Assembly: GCF_022846255.1 (NCBI RefSeq)
Contig: NZ_AP025682.1
Reading direction: 5' to 3' (one strand)
Length of the DNA: 64,000 bases
Source: Escherichia coli
GTDB taxonomy: Bacteria; Pseudomonadota; Gammaproteobacteria; Enterobacterales; Enterobacteriaceae
The notes below the pieces were generated by a model, which did not search any database, was not told where the DNA came from, and worked only from the letters and a program-made list of their open reading frames with translations. The translations under genes were made by a program, and so were the position numbers. Positions 9,690 to 20,821 of the stretch are shown piece after piece (within the stretch, counting starts at the first letter, position 1; each line of letters starts with the position of its first letter).

Positions 9690-12326
9690 TTAACGACATT
9701 CAGCTGATAGCTGGGTTAATAACTGCTGCTGACTCTCTGGTGGCAGTTGATAATTGGCGACACAGTGAGCATTTTCCTCTTCTCCCCATTTCACCTGCAC
9801 TTTTCCCGCTAAAGGCATTCCGCTGAGGTAAACCTGACCATTATCCGCAACAATGCCGCTACTCTGGCTACTCTCTGATGTCACCATCGCCCCAAACGGC
9901 AGCGGCTTATTATTGTGGGTTAGCGTCATGAGCAGTTTTATCCCAACGCGCGCTTTAAACTCTGCTCGCACGATCGCCCCACGGGTGGGAACAACGTTAG
10001 CGACCGCGTTATCTAAATCGACGTTATCAGCCAGGGTATTGGTATCCAGCGCTACTCTGTTTTCCCGATATTCAGTGGCATAAGGCAGCACGGCATAACC
10101 GCGCCAGTCGGTACGCACCCCCGTCTGGTTTTCGACTTTTGCATCTTTTGCGCCAGGCGCTTTAACAAGCACCACCGTATCGTTTAACGGCTGCCCCAGC
10201 GTTACGCCATTGGCATGAGCCAGTACCCCACCGCTGACTCCGTAATAGAGCTGCTTAATATCATCGCTATGGCTGTAACCGATATTGGCATTGCCGTAAC
10301 CACCGCGATAATTCAGCGTGGCGTAGCCTGTACTTCCGCTATTACCATCGCCTCCCCCGGCATAGCCGGTTTGCACGCTATAGCTGAGGTTGTTGTCTTC
10401 CAGCAACGTACCGTATACACCAGCCAGATTGGTCATCCGACCGTTGAGATCGTGTGACATGCTGTAGCTGGCACTGGCATGTCGCCACTGAGATTTACTG
10501 TCAGAACGCAGCCAGTGGCTGAAAGGAATATTGACGTTAAGCGCTAACATCTGATCACGTCCTTTTTGCCAGGCGTTTTTCGTCAGGCTATAGCTGAGCG
10601 TCCAGTTAATATCTTCGAACGCAGTATTTAATCCAGCCTGGAATTGCTCATCGACATTACTCGTTCCCCAATAAGTTTGATGGCTACCACTCAAATACAG
10701 TGTTGATGTGCGCCCGAGTTGCTGAGTAACGGTGAGTTGTAATTTCCCGCGTTTGTTATAAGCGAGATTGTAATAGTCGGTGAATTTCGGCTTAACCTGA
10801 ATAACACCATCCTGTGTTTCGATGTTGTAGCCATTCATTCGACTGTATGTTGTATCAGCGAAATTAAAATACCCACTGGTCGAATAACGGTAACCCACTA
10901 ACTGAATATTCGTGCCTGACTCATTGAGCGATTTGTTATAGAGAAAACGCACCGATTGTCCGTCATGCTGACTGTCATCGGGAAGTGTGGAATTAGCCTG
11001 CGTCATATCCACAGACAGAGCGCCCAGTGCCCCCATGTTTTTCCCGATACCGAAATTAAAAGCACGATAACGATCCGCCAGTTGCGTTCCACCATATATT
11101 GTCCAGCCAGCCGGAAGGCCGTGGAGTAATGTACTCTGGAAAAAGCGGGGTTTTTCCTGTTGCGCATTTCCACTACGGTATTCTCCTGCCGTAATGGAAT
11201 AACGTGTATGCCCTTCACGCTGCAAAAGCGGGACTGACGAATAGGGTACGGTAAAAATCTGCGTACTGCCGTCAGCCTCTTTAATCGTTACCTGCAAGTC
11301 ACCACTATTACCTGCGGCATAGATATCGTTGATGGTAAAAGGCCCCGGTGGCACCGTACTATTATAAATGTCATACCCATTTTGTTTAATAGTGACCTGT
11401 GCAGTACCACGAGCAATACCGTGGATCACCGGGGCAAATCCTCTTTGGCTATCGGGTAACATATTGTCATCTGAGGCCAATTGTGCGCCGCGAAAGTTAA
11501 TACCATCGAAAATATCGCCCTGAGTATAACCATCACCCAGCGTCAGCCGGGAACGTAACGGAATTATGTCTCGCTCAAGCCAGGTATTGATATGCTGCCA
11601 TTTATTTTTGCTACCTGATGAACTGTCGCTACTGTTATAACTCCAGGTGGTATTGTCGCGTAAACGCCACGCACCAATATTTAACCCACTCTGTAGGTTT
11701 AAATATGCATAATGGCTGTTACCCCCAATTCGATTCTGTACACTATTTCCGCTGAAATTATAATTGAGCAATCCGGCATTAATACCGGGATCCCATAACT
11801 CAGGAGGAATATAACCACGCGCGCGATTACTCATAAATGCCTGAGGGATCGTCAGGTTGAGTCGCTGCTGACCCACATCCAGTTGCGCAGTAGCGTCATG
11901 GATCATTGAGGTTAATGGCACGCAGGCATCATCCGCCAGCAGATTCATACCGGAGACAGAAGCCGTATTCAGCCCCATACTGGCAAGTTGCGCGCGTGTC
12001 AGGCAGGGAACAATCCCTTGTTCGCTGTCGCCCGTATTAAATGTGACATCACGCGTTGCCATATAACCATTATTCAAATAGATATCAACACGATACGTCC
12101 CTGGCGGTAATTCTTGCCCATTTTCAAAACGCGATAAATCAGCCACAGCCTGGGGATCATCCGCTAAAAAACGCGGGTTAAAATAGAGTTCGGCAGATGA
12201 CAAAGGTGCCTGTGCGGCAAAAGCACAGGCAACAAAGAGTCGGACAAAAAAACCAGCCAAACGATGCTTACGAATATGCAAGCATTGTGTGTTTCGCTGG
12301 TAAAGTCTTAAATTCAGATATGACAT
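9690..12326 (-). CDS. fimD: Type 1 fimbrial outer-membrane usher FimD (878 aa)
   Basis: 878-aa ORF matching recalled FimD essentially along its length. Confidence 0.95.
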   Translation of the reverse strand: MSYLNLRLYQRNTQCLHIRKHRLAGFFVRLFVACAFAAQAPLSSAELYFNPRFLADDPQAVADLSRFENGQELPPGTYRVDIYLNNGYMATRDVTFNTGDSEQGIVPCLTRAQLASMGLNTASVSGMNLLADDACVPLTSMIHDATAQLDVGQQRLNLTIPQAFMSNRARGYIPPELWDPGINAGLLNYNFSGNSVQNRIGGNSHYAYLNLQSGLNIGAWRLRDNTTWSYNSSDSSSGSKNKWQHINTWLERDIIPLRSRLTLGDGYTQGDIFDGINFRGAQLASDDNMLPDSQRGFAPVIHGIARGTAQVTIKQNGYDIYNSTVPPGPFTINDIYAAGNSGDLQVTIKEADGSTQIFTVPYSSVPLLQREGHTRYSITAGEYRSGNAQQEKPRFFQSTLLHGLPAGWTIYGGTQLADRYRAFNFGIGKNMGALGALSVDMTQANSTLPDDSQHDGQSVRFLYNKSLNESGTNIQLVGYRYSTSGYFNFADTTYSRMNGYNIETQDGVIQVKPKFTDYYNLAYNKRGKLQLTVTQQLGRTSTLYLSGSHQTYWGTSNVDEQFQAGLNTAFEDINWTLSYSLTKNAWQKGRDQMLALNVNIPFSHWLRSDSKSQWRHASASYSMSHDLNGRMTNLAGVYGTLLEDNNLSYSVQTGYAGGGDGNSGSTGYATLNYRGGYGNANIGYSHSDDIKQLYYGVSGGVLAHANGVTLGQPLNDTVVLVKAPGAKDAKVENQTGVRTDWRGYAVLPYATEYRENRVALDTNTLADNVDLDNAVANVVPTRGAIVRAEFKARVGIKLLMTLTHNNKPLPFGAMVTSESSQSSGIVADNGQVYLSGMPLAGKVQVKWGEEENAHCVANYQLPPESQQQLLTQLSAECR

Positions 12327-12391
12327 TATTCCTCCGGTTTAAATCACCCGGCAGTCAATTCTTTTTATTCAGGCGAAAAAATCCCCCTGCG

Positions 12392-13117
12392 TTATTCCAT
12401 TACGCCCGTCATTTTGGGGGTAAGTGCGCCATAATCATTTATTGTTCGGTAAGTAATATTGCTTCCTGCATCAGAAGGCAATTTAACCGCGCTTTCGCCC
12501 ATTGGAGGCACCAATGCATTTTCAAGAACCCGAGTTCCGGCATTCAACTCTGTTACCGTCAGGTAATAGGGTGTCGGGTTGATCAGCGTCAGAGAATTCG
12601 CGCTACGACGAAATCTTAATTTTTCTGCGGCCTGATCGGGTGGCAACGCTAATTTAGCCGGACGATAGTACAGTTTAATGCGGCTGATAATTGCGAGCTG
12701 TAGCGTATTCTCAGTCAATTTTGATTTATCCATTGACGGAATCGCTTTAACATTCATCCAGAATAAACTTTCCCGATCCTGTGGCAATTGGTTATTTGTT
12801 GCATCAAGAATACGCAAGGTATTCTCTTTTTTTCCCTTCATCGCAAACAGAGGTGGCGTCACGATAAAACGGCCATCCTTTACACCATCGGCATTTTCTA
12901 CCCATGATTGAATTAAATAGGTGCTATTTTCATCATTATTTGTCACGGCAAGTTGCACTTGTTTTTGCCCTGCCGGATAAATTACGCGAGTCGCACCTAA
13001 GGCCACTCCCGCTTCAGCGCGTCCGGCAACCATCATTGCCATGAACATCAGGATACCTGCCAGCAAGCAGAATGTTATTTCCTGCGATTTCCTTACATTG
13101 ACGTTTTTATTACTCAC
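12392..13117 (-). CDS. fimC: Type 1 fimbrial periplasmic chaperone FimC (241 aa)
   Basis: PapD-like chaperone with signal peptide; length and sequence as recalled for FimC. Confidence 0.95.
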   Translation of the reverse strand: MSNKNVNVRKSQEITFCLLAGILMFMAMMVAGRAEAGVALGATRVIYPAGQKQVQLAVTNNDENSTYLIQSWVENADGVKDGRFIVTPPLFAMKGKKENTLRILDATNNQLPQDRESLFWMNVKAIPSMDKSKLTENTLQLAIISRIKLYYRPAKLALPPDQAAEKLRFRRSANSLTLINPTPYYLTVTELNAGTRVLENALVPPMGESAVKLPSDAGSNITYRTINDYGALTPKMTGVME

Positions 13118-13153
13118 TGTCCTGTTCCTGTTATCACATTATCTGCTGAACAA

Positions 13154-13693
13154 TTACTGATAGGTTAAAGAGAACCAGGCCTGGGCATTGGCGATGCCGC
13201 CAGTAACCCGACGCCCGGTAGCACGATATTTGGCGATGAAATGTAGCGAAGTAGAGCCTGAGTAAAGCCGTTTCCAGTTTACTGGAGGACGATTAATCGG
13301 TACGAGGTTTCCTTCATCATCAAACAACGCTACGCCAATATTGGTGGCTATCCCTGGCCCCTCTCCCACGGAAAGCACATCCGGATTTTTACCATCCGCG
13401 ACACCGTGAAACGCCACACCCACACGTTCACTCACCACCGTGCTACATTCCCGTAAATGAATAACAAAAGGCACCGGTGAGCTATCTTCCCCTACCGCAT
13501 GAAACCGGTTACTGCTGATTTGCCCCATATTGACCGTCATTTGTTTATCACCGGCTTCAATCCGGCAAGCTTCCGCAATAATGACGCCCTGAAATTGCAT
13601 ATTTCCGCCGGGCAGCGTGGTATTCCATTTATTTCCGGCCAGAGCAAACATTGGCAGCAACGACGCTAACAGAAATAATCTCTTCCTTTTCAT
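13154..13693 (-). CDS. fimI: Fimbrin-like protein FimI (179 aa from MKRKRLFLL; an upstream in-frame start at 13825 is possible)
   Basis: Pilin-like protein with signal peptide [19 protein letters not shown]; lies between fimA and fimC. Confidence 0.8.
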   Translation of the reverse strand: MKRKRLFLLASLLPMFALAGNKWNTTLPGGNMQFQGVIIAEACRIEAGDKQMTVNMGQISSNRFHAVGEDSSPVPFVIHLRECSTVVSERVGVAFHGVADGKNPDVLSVGEGPGIATNIGVALFDDEGNLVPINRPPVNWKRLYSGSTSLHFIAKYRATGRRVTGGIANAQAWFSLTYQ

Positions 13694-13757
13694 CGTTATT
13701 TTTATCGCACAAGGGTGGGCATCCCTGCCCGTAATGACGTCCCTGAACCTGGGTAGG

Positions 13758-14312
13758 TTATTGATACTGAACCTTGAAGGTCGCATCCGCATTAGCAGCA
13801 CCTGGGGTTGCAGCACCGGTTGCAAAATAACGCGCCTGGAACGGAATGGTGTTAGTACCGTTATTCAGGGTTGTTTCTGCACTAAATGTCGCACCGTCCA
13901 GCGTCAGCTCATTACCTGTTCTGTCCAGAATCTGCACGCCAACGTTTGTTGCGCTACCCGCAGCTGAACTCTGTAGAGCCAGGACTTTAGGATGAGTACT
14001 GTCAATCGCCGTCCCCAAGAAGGCAACAGCGGCTTTTGTGGCAACAGTGGTATCGCAATCATTCAGCTGAATGTTAAAACCGACAGCAGAGCTGGTTGCT
14101 CCAGCCTGCTTCAAAGTGGCGGTACGAACCTGGCCCAACTGAACGGTTTGATCAACAGAGCCTGCATCAACTGCGCAAGCGGCGTTAACAACTTCCCCTT
14201 TAAAGTGAACGGTCCCACCATTTACCGTCGTGGGTGTAGTATCAGCCAGAGCCGCTGTAGAACTCAGGGACAGAGCCGACAGAACAACAATTGCCAGAGT
14301 TTTAATTTTCAT
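13758..14312 (-). CDS. fimA: Type 1 fimbrial major subunit FimA (184 aa allele)
   Basis: [23 protein letters not shown] signal peptide and C-terminal ...ATFKVQYQ; FimA is known to be allelically variable. Confidence 0.95.
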   Translation of the reverse strand: MKIKTLAIVVLSALSLSSTAALADTTPTTVNGGTVHFKGEVVNAACAVDAGSVDQTVQLGQVRTATLKQAGATSSAVGFNIQLNDCDTTVATKAAVAFLGTAIDSTHPKVLALQSSAAGSATNVGVQILDRTGNELTLDGATFSAETTLNNGTNTIPFQARYFATGAATPGAANADATFKVQYQ

Positions 14313-14431
14313 ACTGCTTTCCTTTCAAAAAACTATTTCTAAATCGACATGGGCAGTCGTTCTGTACACTTTGTTTTGTCAACGAGTTTGACTGCCAACA
14401 CTGCACAGTTTTCCCCCAAAAGATGAAACAT

Positions 14432-14745
14432 TTGGGGCCATTTTGACTCATAGAGGAAAGCATCGCGCACAAACTTTTTCAGTTTATTTGTTGGCTTAAT
14501 GTTCTATGGTTATCTTTATTTGCAGTTTTTTATATTGCATGAGGTGGTTTTTGGAGAGAAGAATGAGGAAGTTGCGTCGAGCTACAGAAACGTTAGCTTT
14601 ACATATAGCGGAGGTGATGTGAAATTAATTTACAAGAGAAATAATTTACATATCAAACAGTTAGATGATTTTTGTCGTTTTTTAATATTTTTATGCTTGA
14701 GAAAAAATACGTAACTTATTTATGATATAGACAGTTTGGCCCCAA
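14432..14745. promoter_or_regulatory. fimS: fimS invertible phase-variation switch (314 bp) bounded by 9-bp inverted repeats
   Basis: TTGGGGCCA at 14432-14440 and its inverted partner TGGCCCCAA at 14737-14745, spacing 314 bp, between fimA and the tyrosine recombinase genes fimE/fimB. Confidence 0.9.
14697..14727 (+). promoter_or_regulatory. fimA sigma70 promoter inside fimS, pointing away from fimA (phase-OFF orientation)
   Basis: -35-like TTGAGA (14697-14702) and -10 TATGATA (14721-14727), 18-bp spacer, on the plus strand next to the fimE-proximal inverted repeat; fimA is on the minus strand at lower coordinates. Confidence 0.55.
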
Positions 14746-14792
14746 TTGTCTTGTATTTATTTATTTTTTAAGTTTATTATCAATAAGTTAAA

Positions 14793-15389
14793 TCAAACTT
14801 CTTCTCTTTTTAATTTTTCGTTTATGAGATTATTTCTTTCCCATAATCCGGCAAAACGAGCAGCATTACTGGCGGTATAACGCACAGTATGGCGAATATT
14901 TCGATGCCCGAGATAATCCTGAATTAAACGGGTATCTGCACCACGCTCCGCCAGTTCATAACCGCAAGCATGCCTTAACATATGAGGATGAGTCTGCGTT
15001 ACGGTTCCAGCTTCAATACCGGCATCGCGAATAATGCGATAGGCCTGCTGGCGAGAAAGCCGACTCCCGCGGCGAGAAATAAATATAGCGTCGGTCCGGT
15101 CAGCACCTTTCCAGTTAGCACGTTCCTGGGTCCAGCGTTCCACAGCTTCACGCTCATCAAAACGTAACGGGTGAACGGTAGAAAATCCGTTCTTCAGTCG
15201 GCGAATATTTATTCGACCTTCATTAAGGTCAAGATCCTGATAATGCAGATCAAGCAGTTCACTAATACGCATCCCATGCCGATATGCCAACAGAATAAGA
15301 CAATAATCTCTGGCTCCCGTTGCCCCGTAACACACCGCCTGCATCATGGCCTGAACTTCTTTACCGGTAAGATAACGACGTTTACTCAC
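14793..15389 (-). CDS. fimE: Tyrosine recombinase FimE (fim switch ON-to-OFF recombinase), 198 aa
   Basis: MSKRRYLTGKEVQAMMQAV...; C-terminal R..HxxR..Y catalytic region (HPHMLRHACGY, LGHRNIRHTVRYT); matches recalled FimE. Confidence 0.95.
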   Translation of the reverse strand: MSKRRYLTGKEVQAMMQAVCYGATGARDYCLILLAYRHGMRISELLDLHYQDLDLNEGRINIRRLKNGFSTVHPLRFDEREAVERWTQERANWKGADRTDAIFISRRGSRLSRQQAYRIIRDAGIEAGTVTQTHPHMLRHACGYELAERGADTRLIQDYLGHRNIRHTVRYTASNAARFAGLWERNNLINEKLKREEV

Positions 15390-15866
15390 AATAGTAGTAC
15401 TCCTGACTGAGATATATTTGAATGAATACCTATAGGAAACCTCAATCGGTCAAAATTAGCCCAATAGATAAAAAGATAACCACACACGAAGTGATGTGGC
15501 TATCAGTCAATTACATTAAATATCATACAAAAATAAAATATCACTGATGTGACAACATCTATTTTCATTGATTTGATTCAATATAACAATAGATTGCAGT
15601 GGATTAACTTCCAGTTGCTTAAAAAATAAAGAAAAAAGTATGAAAACAGGCGAATTTAAGTGATGTGTAAATTTATGAATGATTTTGTTTATTTATTTTG
15701 AAGAACATAAACCATTGTATTTTGTATGGATATGGTTAACTTAATGTTTATTATGATAATTAAGAATCATACTTACAATAACATCAATTAATAAATGGTT
15801 AATCATTTTTGATATATCGTAAGAATAATGTAGTTTTTAACACCATCCCTGGTATCTCAACTATCT

Positions 15867-16469
15867 CTATAAAACAGCGTGACGCTGTCGTCCTCTGGCT
15901 CTATCCCAGATGCCGTAAAAACGCCCTGCATTGCTGGCGGTATACCAGACAGTATGACGAATATTGCGATGTCCAAGATAATCCTGGATAAGTCGCGTAT
16001 CTATTCCCATATTCGCCAAAGCAAAACCACACGAATGGCGTAACATGTGCGGATGAATCTCCAGTGACAACCCGGCATTACCACCGGAAGTCGAGATAAT
16101 ATGGTAAAACTGTTGCCGAGAAAGTGGATTCCCCTTACGTGATAAAAATACCCACTCGCTCTCAGCATGCGGATAAGAAGTACGGATACTCAACCAGTTT
16201 TTTAAAGCCTGAATTTCTTTGTTCAATAGCGGGTGCGTTGTTGAAAAGCCTTTTTTTAATCGATGGATATATATACACTTTGCCTTAAGATCAATATCCG
16301 AAATCCTCAATCGGCAAATTTCACTCGCCCGGAAACCATGAATAAAACAAAGTAATGTCAGACAATAATTACGTGCAGCATGAGGCCCGGTATTTGCTGC
16401 TTTAAGGAGTGATTCGATTTCACTATGGGTCAGGAAGTTCCTTTTTTTGTTATCAGCCTTATTCTTCAT
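15867..16469 (-). CDS. fimB: Tyrosine recombinase FimB, 200 aa
   Basis: MKNKADNKKRNFLTHSEIESLLKAAN...; paralogue of FimE with the same catalytic motifs. Confidence 0.95.
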   Translation of the reverse strand: MKNKADNKKRNFLTHSEIESLLKAANTGPHAARNYCLTLLCFIHGFRASEICRLRISDIDLKAKCIYIHRLKKGFSTTHPLLNKEIQALKNWLSIRTSYPHAESEWVFLSRKGNPLSRQQFYHIISTSGGNAGLSLEIHPHMLRHSCGFALANMGIDTRLIQDYLGHRNIRHTVWYTASNAGRFYGIWDRARGRQRHAVL

Positions 16470-17494
16470 CGTTTTCCCTTATAATTACAGACGCGCACTA
16501 GCTGTGCTGGGTTAGCAATAATCCAACATTTTAATCCTGATTATGTTTATAAAAGCGAACGTTTGCTTAATAACTAACGTAAGTGGACCAGTTCTTCTGA
16601 GTGAACTTAAATGGAGTAGCGATAGTTACTTATAATAACTTTGCCATACAAACGCCATGCTCTTGCATGCTATGTATCTTTATATATTTATCAATCTGAT
16701 ACGAATCGAATAATAACCCTCATCATTAATGCAACTAATCTTATCTATATATCATGTGATATGTTCTGTAACAAGTAAAATCAACATAAAAAATTCAGCA
16801 AAATTTAATATTTGTTCAACTAGCCGTCTCACATATGACATTATTAGTCAACTGCATTTGCCACAAAATGGCTATTTCATGGAACACAGTAATTTCTTAG
16901 TGGCTATTATCATGCTAATGCTTAGGTCCCTAGCGATTATTCCTGCCTGGTTCGTCAGCTTACGCCATGAGATTGTTACATTCCTTTTTCAGACTGTGTA
17001 TTTCCTGGAGATATGGGGGAACGCAGGAGACGCTTTTTCATCTACATTCGTTGGTAAATATGGCTTTGGTCACTGCGACTTAAACCTTCCTCAATCACAG
17101 CTATTCGCCGGGCGATACGGCAAACAAACTATCTGAAACATCATCCTGAAAACACCAACATCTACAAGCCTTTCCAGATCGACTTCAGGGATGACCACTT
17201 ACAAGCCAAAAACCAGGAAACATATTTCATGATGAGAATTATGATCAGCCTGATGGCGGGTAAACACTTATTTTCACCACGCTCACTGAGTTAGCTTGCA
17301 AAGCTTCCCTTGTTTAGACCCTAAATAAATCATTTATAAAACAAATAGTTAAAAGAATGCCTTTAGTTTTTGAAGACCACCTCAAGTGTTCGTCTGGCTT
17401 CACATGGCATCTTCCTCTTAGAAAAAGATCGACATATTTTGTGACACGAATTGCAAATCTCGTTTTGTTGTATGGATTGCGTGATTTTTGATCT

Positions 17495-17514
17495 GGTATA
17501 ACAGGTATAAAGGT
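17495..17514. promoter_or_regulatory. Putative NanR operator (GGTATA repeats) in the fimB-nanC intergenic region
   Basis: ggtataacaggtataaaggt contains tandem GGTATA hexamers, the recognised NanR binding motif, about 420 bp upstream of nanC. Confidence 0.5.
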
Positions 17515-17933
17515 GCACCGCGATAGTCAATGAGACAGGGCATCTCGCAATCTATGGCAAACATCACTTCAGTTCTTTCTCATCGGGTGATGAAAACGCA
17601 CTTCAGTCTGAAAGGAATATGAAAATGAGATCAACAGACACTCTATTTTATGACTCTGGGTAAAATGGATTGAGTAAGTGATATAGCTTACAAACATTCA
17701 AATCAATTAAACATCAGAAGAGATTTTATACTCAGGTATTTAATCTGGTTCTCTGTTTATTTAAATAATGTGGAAAGAGAATTTTCACAGGAGACCTTAT
17801 ACAAAAAATATAAAATACAGCTACTCGTTGCCAAAGACACTATAAGCCTGGCAAAAAATATTACACAACATAAATGCTAATTGTTTATGCGGGCTTTGTA
17901 TTGCTTTCTGTATCCTACAAATGAGTGAAATAT

Positions 17934-18650
17934 ATGAAAAAGGCTAAAATACTTTCTGGCGCATTATTACTGTGCTTTTCGTCACCACTGATTTCTCAGG
18001 CTGCGACACTGGACGTACGTGGTGGATATCGTAGTGGAAGCCACGCCTATGAGACTCGACTCAAAGTCAGTGAGGGATGGCAAAATGGATGGTGGGCAAG
18101 TATGGAAAGTAATACCTGGAATACCATTCATGATAATAAAAAGGAAAATGCCGCACTCAATGATGTTCAGGTGGAAGTTAATTACGCGATTAAACTTGAT
18201 GATCAATGGACGGTGCGCCCGGGAATGTTAACGCATTTTAGCAGCAACGGCACACGCTACGGACCCTACGTAAAACTGTCCTGGGACGCGACAAAAGATC
18301 TTAATTTTGGCATTCGCTATCGTTACGACTGGAAAGCTTACCGACAACAAGACTTATCCGGTGATATGTCTCGTGATAACGTTCATCGTTGGGATGGATA
18401 TGTCACTTACCATATTAATAGTGATTTCACCTTCGCATGGCAAACGACGCTATACAGCAAACAGAACGATTATCGCTATGCAAACCATAAGAAATGGGCG
18501 ACGGAAAATGCATTTGTTCTACAATACCATATGACGCCCGATATTACGCCATACATAGAATATGACTACCTTGACCGTCAGGGTGTTTACAACGGCAGAG
18601 ATAATTTATCGGAAAACAGTTATCGCATTGGTGTGTCATTTAAACTGTAG
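17934..18650 (+). CDS. nanC: N-acetylneuraminic acid outer-membrane channel NanC (KdgM family)
   Basis: Signal peptide MKKAKILSGALLLCFSSPLISQA; ~238 aa beta-barrel-type sequence ending in an aromatic residue; followed by nanM and nanS. Confidence 0.85.
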   Translation: MKKAKILSGALLLCFSSPLISQAATLDVRGGYRSGSHAYETRLKVSEGWQNGWWASMESNTWNTIHDNKKENAALNDVQVEVNYAIKLDDQWTVRPGMLTHFSSNGTRYGPYVKLSWDATKDLNFGIRYRYDWKAYRQQDLSGDMSRDNVHRWDGYVTYHINSDFTFAWQTTLYSKQNDYRYANHKKWATENAFVLQYHMTPDITPYIEYDYLDRQGVYNGRDNLSENSYRIGVSFKL

Positions 18651-18669
18651 TAGACAGGAGACAGTCACA

Positions 18670-19776
18670 ATGAATAAAACAATAACAGCGCTTGCTATCC
18701 TAATGGCTTCATTTGCCGCAAACGCGTCTGTATTACCGGAAACTCCTGTGCCATTTAAAAGTGGTACCGGAGTAATTGATAACGACACTGTCTACATTGG
18801 TTTAGGTAGCGCTGGTACGGCATGGTACAAGCTGGATACACAGGCCAAAGATAAAAAATGGACAGCGTTAGCTGCATTCCCTGGCGGACCGAGAGATCAA
18901 GCAACCTCTGCATTTATTGATGGCAATCTGTATGTGTTTGGCGGCATTGGCAAAAACAGCGAGGGCTTGACTCAGGTATTTAATGACGTACACAAATACA
19001 ACCCCAAAACCAATAGCTGGGTTAAATTGATGTCGCACGCGCCGATGGGCATGGCGGGCCATGTGACTTTTGTACACAACGGCAAGGCTTATGTTACTGG
19101 CGGTGTTAACCAGAATATCTTCAATGGCTATTTTGAAGATCTCAACGAAGCTGGAAAAGATTCAACCACTATAGATAAAATCAACGCCCACTATTTTGAC
19201 AAAAAAGCAGAAGATTATTTCTTCAATAAGTTTCTGTTGTCTTTTGATCCCTCTACACAGCAATGGAGTTACGCTGGCGAATCTCCCTGGTACGGAACGG
19301 CTGGTGCGGCGGTTGTGAATAAAGGTGATAAAACCTGGCTTATTAATGGCGAAGCCAAACCAGGATTGCGAACGGATGCCGTATTTGAACTTGATTTCAC
19401 CGGTAATAATTTAAAATGGAATAAGCTTGCTCCCGTCGCATCACCAGATGGCGTCGCTGGCGGTTTTGCAGGCATGAGCAATGACTCACTTATATTTGCC
19501 GGAGGGGCCGGATTCAAAGGTTCACGAGAAAATTACCAGAACGGTAAGAACTATGCGCATGAAGGCCTGAAAAAATCATATAGCGCTGATATTCATCTTT
19601 GGCATAACGGGAAATGGGATAAATCAGGCGAATTATCGCAAGGTCGGGCCTACGGAGTATCATTGCCCTGGAATAATAGTTTATTAATTATTGGCGGTGA
19701 AACTGCAGGCGGCAAAGCGGTGACGGATTCAGTTTTGATTTCTGTGAAGGATAATAAAGTCACAGTACAAAACTAA
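18670..19776 (+). CDS. nanM: N-acetylneuraminate mutarotase NanM (Kelch-repeat, 368 aa)
   Basis: Start at MNKTITALAILMASFAANA (the upstream track ORF overlaps nanC and is rejected); Kelch-type repeats (GG...LYVFGG, AYVTGG). Confidence 0.9.
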   Translation: MNKTITALAILMASFAANASVLPETPVPFKSGTGVIDNDTVYIGLGSAGTAWYKLDTQAKDKKWTALAAFPGGPRDQATSAFIDGNLYVFGGIGKNSEGLTQVFNDVHKYNPKTNSWVKLMSHAPMGMAGHVTFVHNGKAYVTGGVNQNIFNGYFEDLNEAGKDSTTIDKINAHYFDKKAEDYFFNKFLLSFDPSTQQWSYAGESPWYGTAGAAVVNKGDKTWLINGEAKPGLRTDAVFELDFTGNNLKWNKLAPVASPDGVAGGFAGMSNDSLIFAGGAGFKGSRENYQNGKNYAHEGLKKSYSADIHLWHNGKWDKSGELSQGRAYGVSLPWNNSLLIIGGETAGGKAVTDSVLISVKDNKVTVQN

Positions 19777-19782
19777 CGCTTC

Positions 19783-19815
19783 AGGGCCCCGGTAAAGGGG
19801 CCCTGCTATCAATTT
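19783..19815 (+). terminator. GC-rich hairpin between nanM and nanS (possible attenuator or terminator)
   Basis: agggcccc-ggtaaa-ggggccct perfect 8-bp stem immediately after the nanM stop. Confidence 0.4.
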
Positions 19816-19840
19816 GTCATTTGTATTACGCGAAAATTAT

Positions 19841-20821
19841 ATGAACGCAATAATATCGCCCGATTATTACTATGTTCTTACCGTTGCTGGTCAGTCTAAT
19901 GCCATGGCGTATGGCGAAGGACTACCATTACCGGACAAGGAAGATGCGCCTCATCCCAGAATTAAACAATTAGCGAGATTTGCGCATACACATCCCGGAG
20001 GCCCGTCATGTCACTTTAACGACATTATTCCACTGACTCACTGCCCACACGATGTTCAGGATATGCAGGGTTATCACCATCCTCTGGCAACGAATCATCA
20101 AACACAGTACGGCACCGTTGGCCAGGCACTGCATATAGCACGGAAATTACTGCCCTTTATTCCTGATAATGCAGGGGTTCTCATCGTTCCGTGTTGCCGT
20201 GGCGGATCGGCTTTTACCGCGGGCAGCGAAGGGACATATTCAGAACGGCACGGAGCCAGCCATGATGCTTGTCGTTGGGGAACGGATACTCCGCTGTACC
20301 AAGATTTAGTCAGCAGAACGCGAGTCGCACTGGCAAAAAATCCGCAGAACAAATTCCTCGGCGTATGCTGGATGCAAGGCGAATTTGACTTAATGACCAG
20401 TGACTACGCGTCACACCCTCAACACTTTAATCATATGGTTGACGCCTTTCGTAGGGATCTAAAACAATACCATTCTCAGCTTAATAAAATTACTGACGCG
20501 CCGTGGTTTTGCGGCGATACCACCTGGTACTGGAAAGAAAATTTCCCTCATGCGTATGAAGCTATTTATGGCAATTATCAAAATAATGTTTTAGCCAATA
20601 TTATTTTCGTCGACTTCCAGCAACAAGGTGCAAGAGGACTGACGAACGCGCCTGATGAAGATCCAGACGATTTAAGCACGGGATATTACGGTTCAGCGTA
20701 CCGGTCACCGGAGAACTGGACGACGGCACTGCGAAGCAGTCATTTCAGCGCGGCAGCCCGTCGGGGGATTATTTCTGACAGGTTTGTAGAAGCAATTTTG
20801 CAGTTTTGGCGCGAAAGGTGA
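19841..20821 (+). CDS. nanS: 9-O-acetyl-N-acetylneuraminate esterase NanS (326 aa from MNAIISPDYYY)
   Basis: SGNH-type esterase motif (VAGQSNAMAYG); matches recalled NanS/YjhS; third gene of nanCMS. Confidence 0.9.
   Translation: MNAIISPDYYYVLTVAGQSNAMAYGEGLPLPDKEDAPHPRIKQLARFAHTHPGGPSCHFNDIIPLTHCPHDVQDMQGYHHPLATNHQTQYGTVGQALHIARKLLPFIPDNAGVLIVPCCRGGSAFTAGSEGTYSERHGASHDACRWGTDTPLYQDLVSRTRVALAKNPQNKFLGVCWMQGEFDLMTSDYASHPQHFNHMVDAFRRDLKQYHSQLNKITDAPWFCGDTTWYWKENFPHAYEAIYGNYQNNVLANIIFVDFQQQGARGLTNAPDEDPDDLSTGYYGSAYRSPENWTTALRSSHFSAAARRGIISDRFVEAILQFWRER

Noticed and set aside
14432-14745. fimS as a transposable mobile element
   Set aside because: The inverted repeats delimit a site-specific invertible promoter segment with no transposase inside; classified as regulatory.
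16729-17136. 135-aa ORF in the fimB-nanC intergenic region
   Set aside because: Sits in a long AT-rich regulatory spacer known to be non-coding in K-12; no RBS and no motifs.
18562-18669. Upstream extension of the nanM ORF overlapping the nanC 3' end
   Set aside because: Starting at MNKTITALAILMASFAANA (18670) gives a proper signal peptide and the recalled NanM length; the extension is just open frame.
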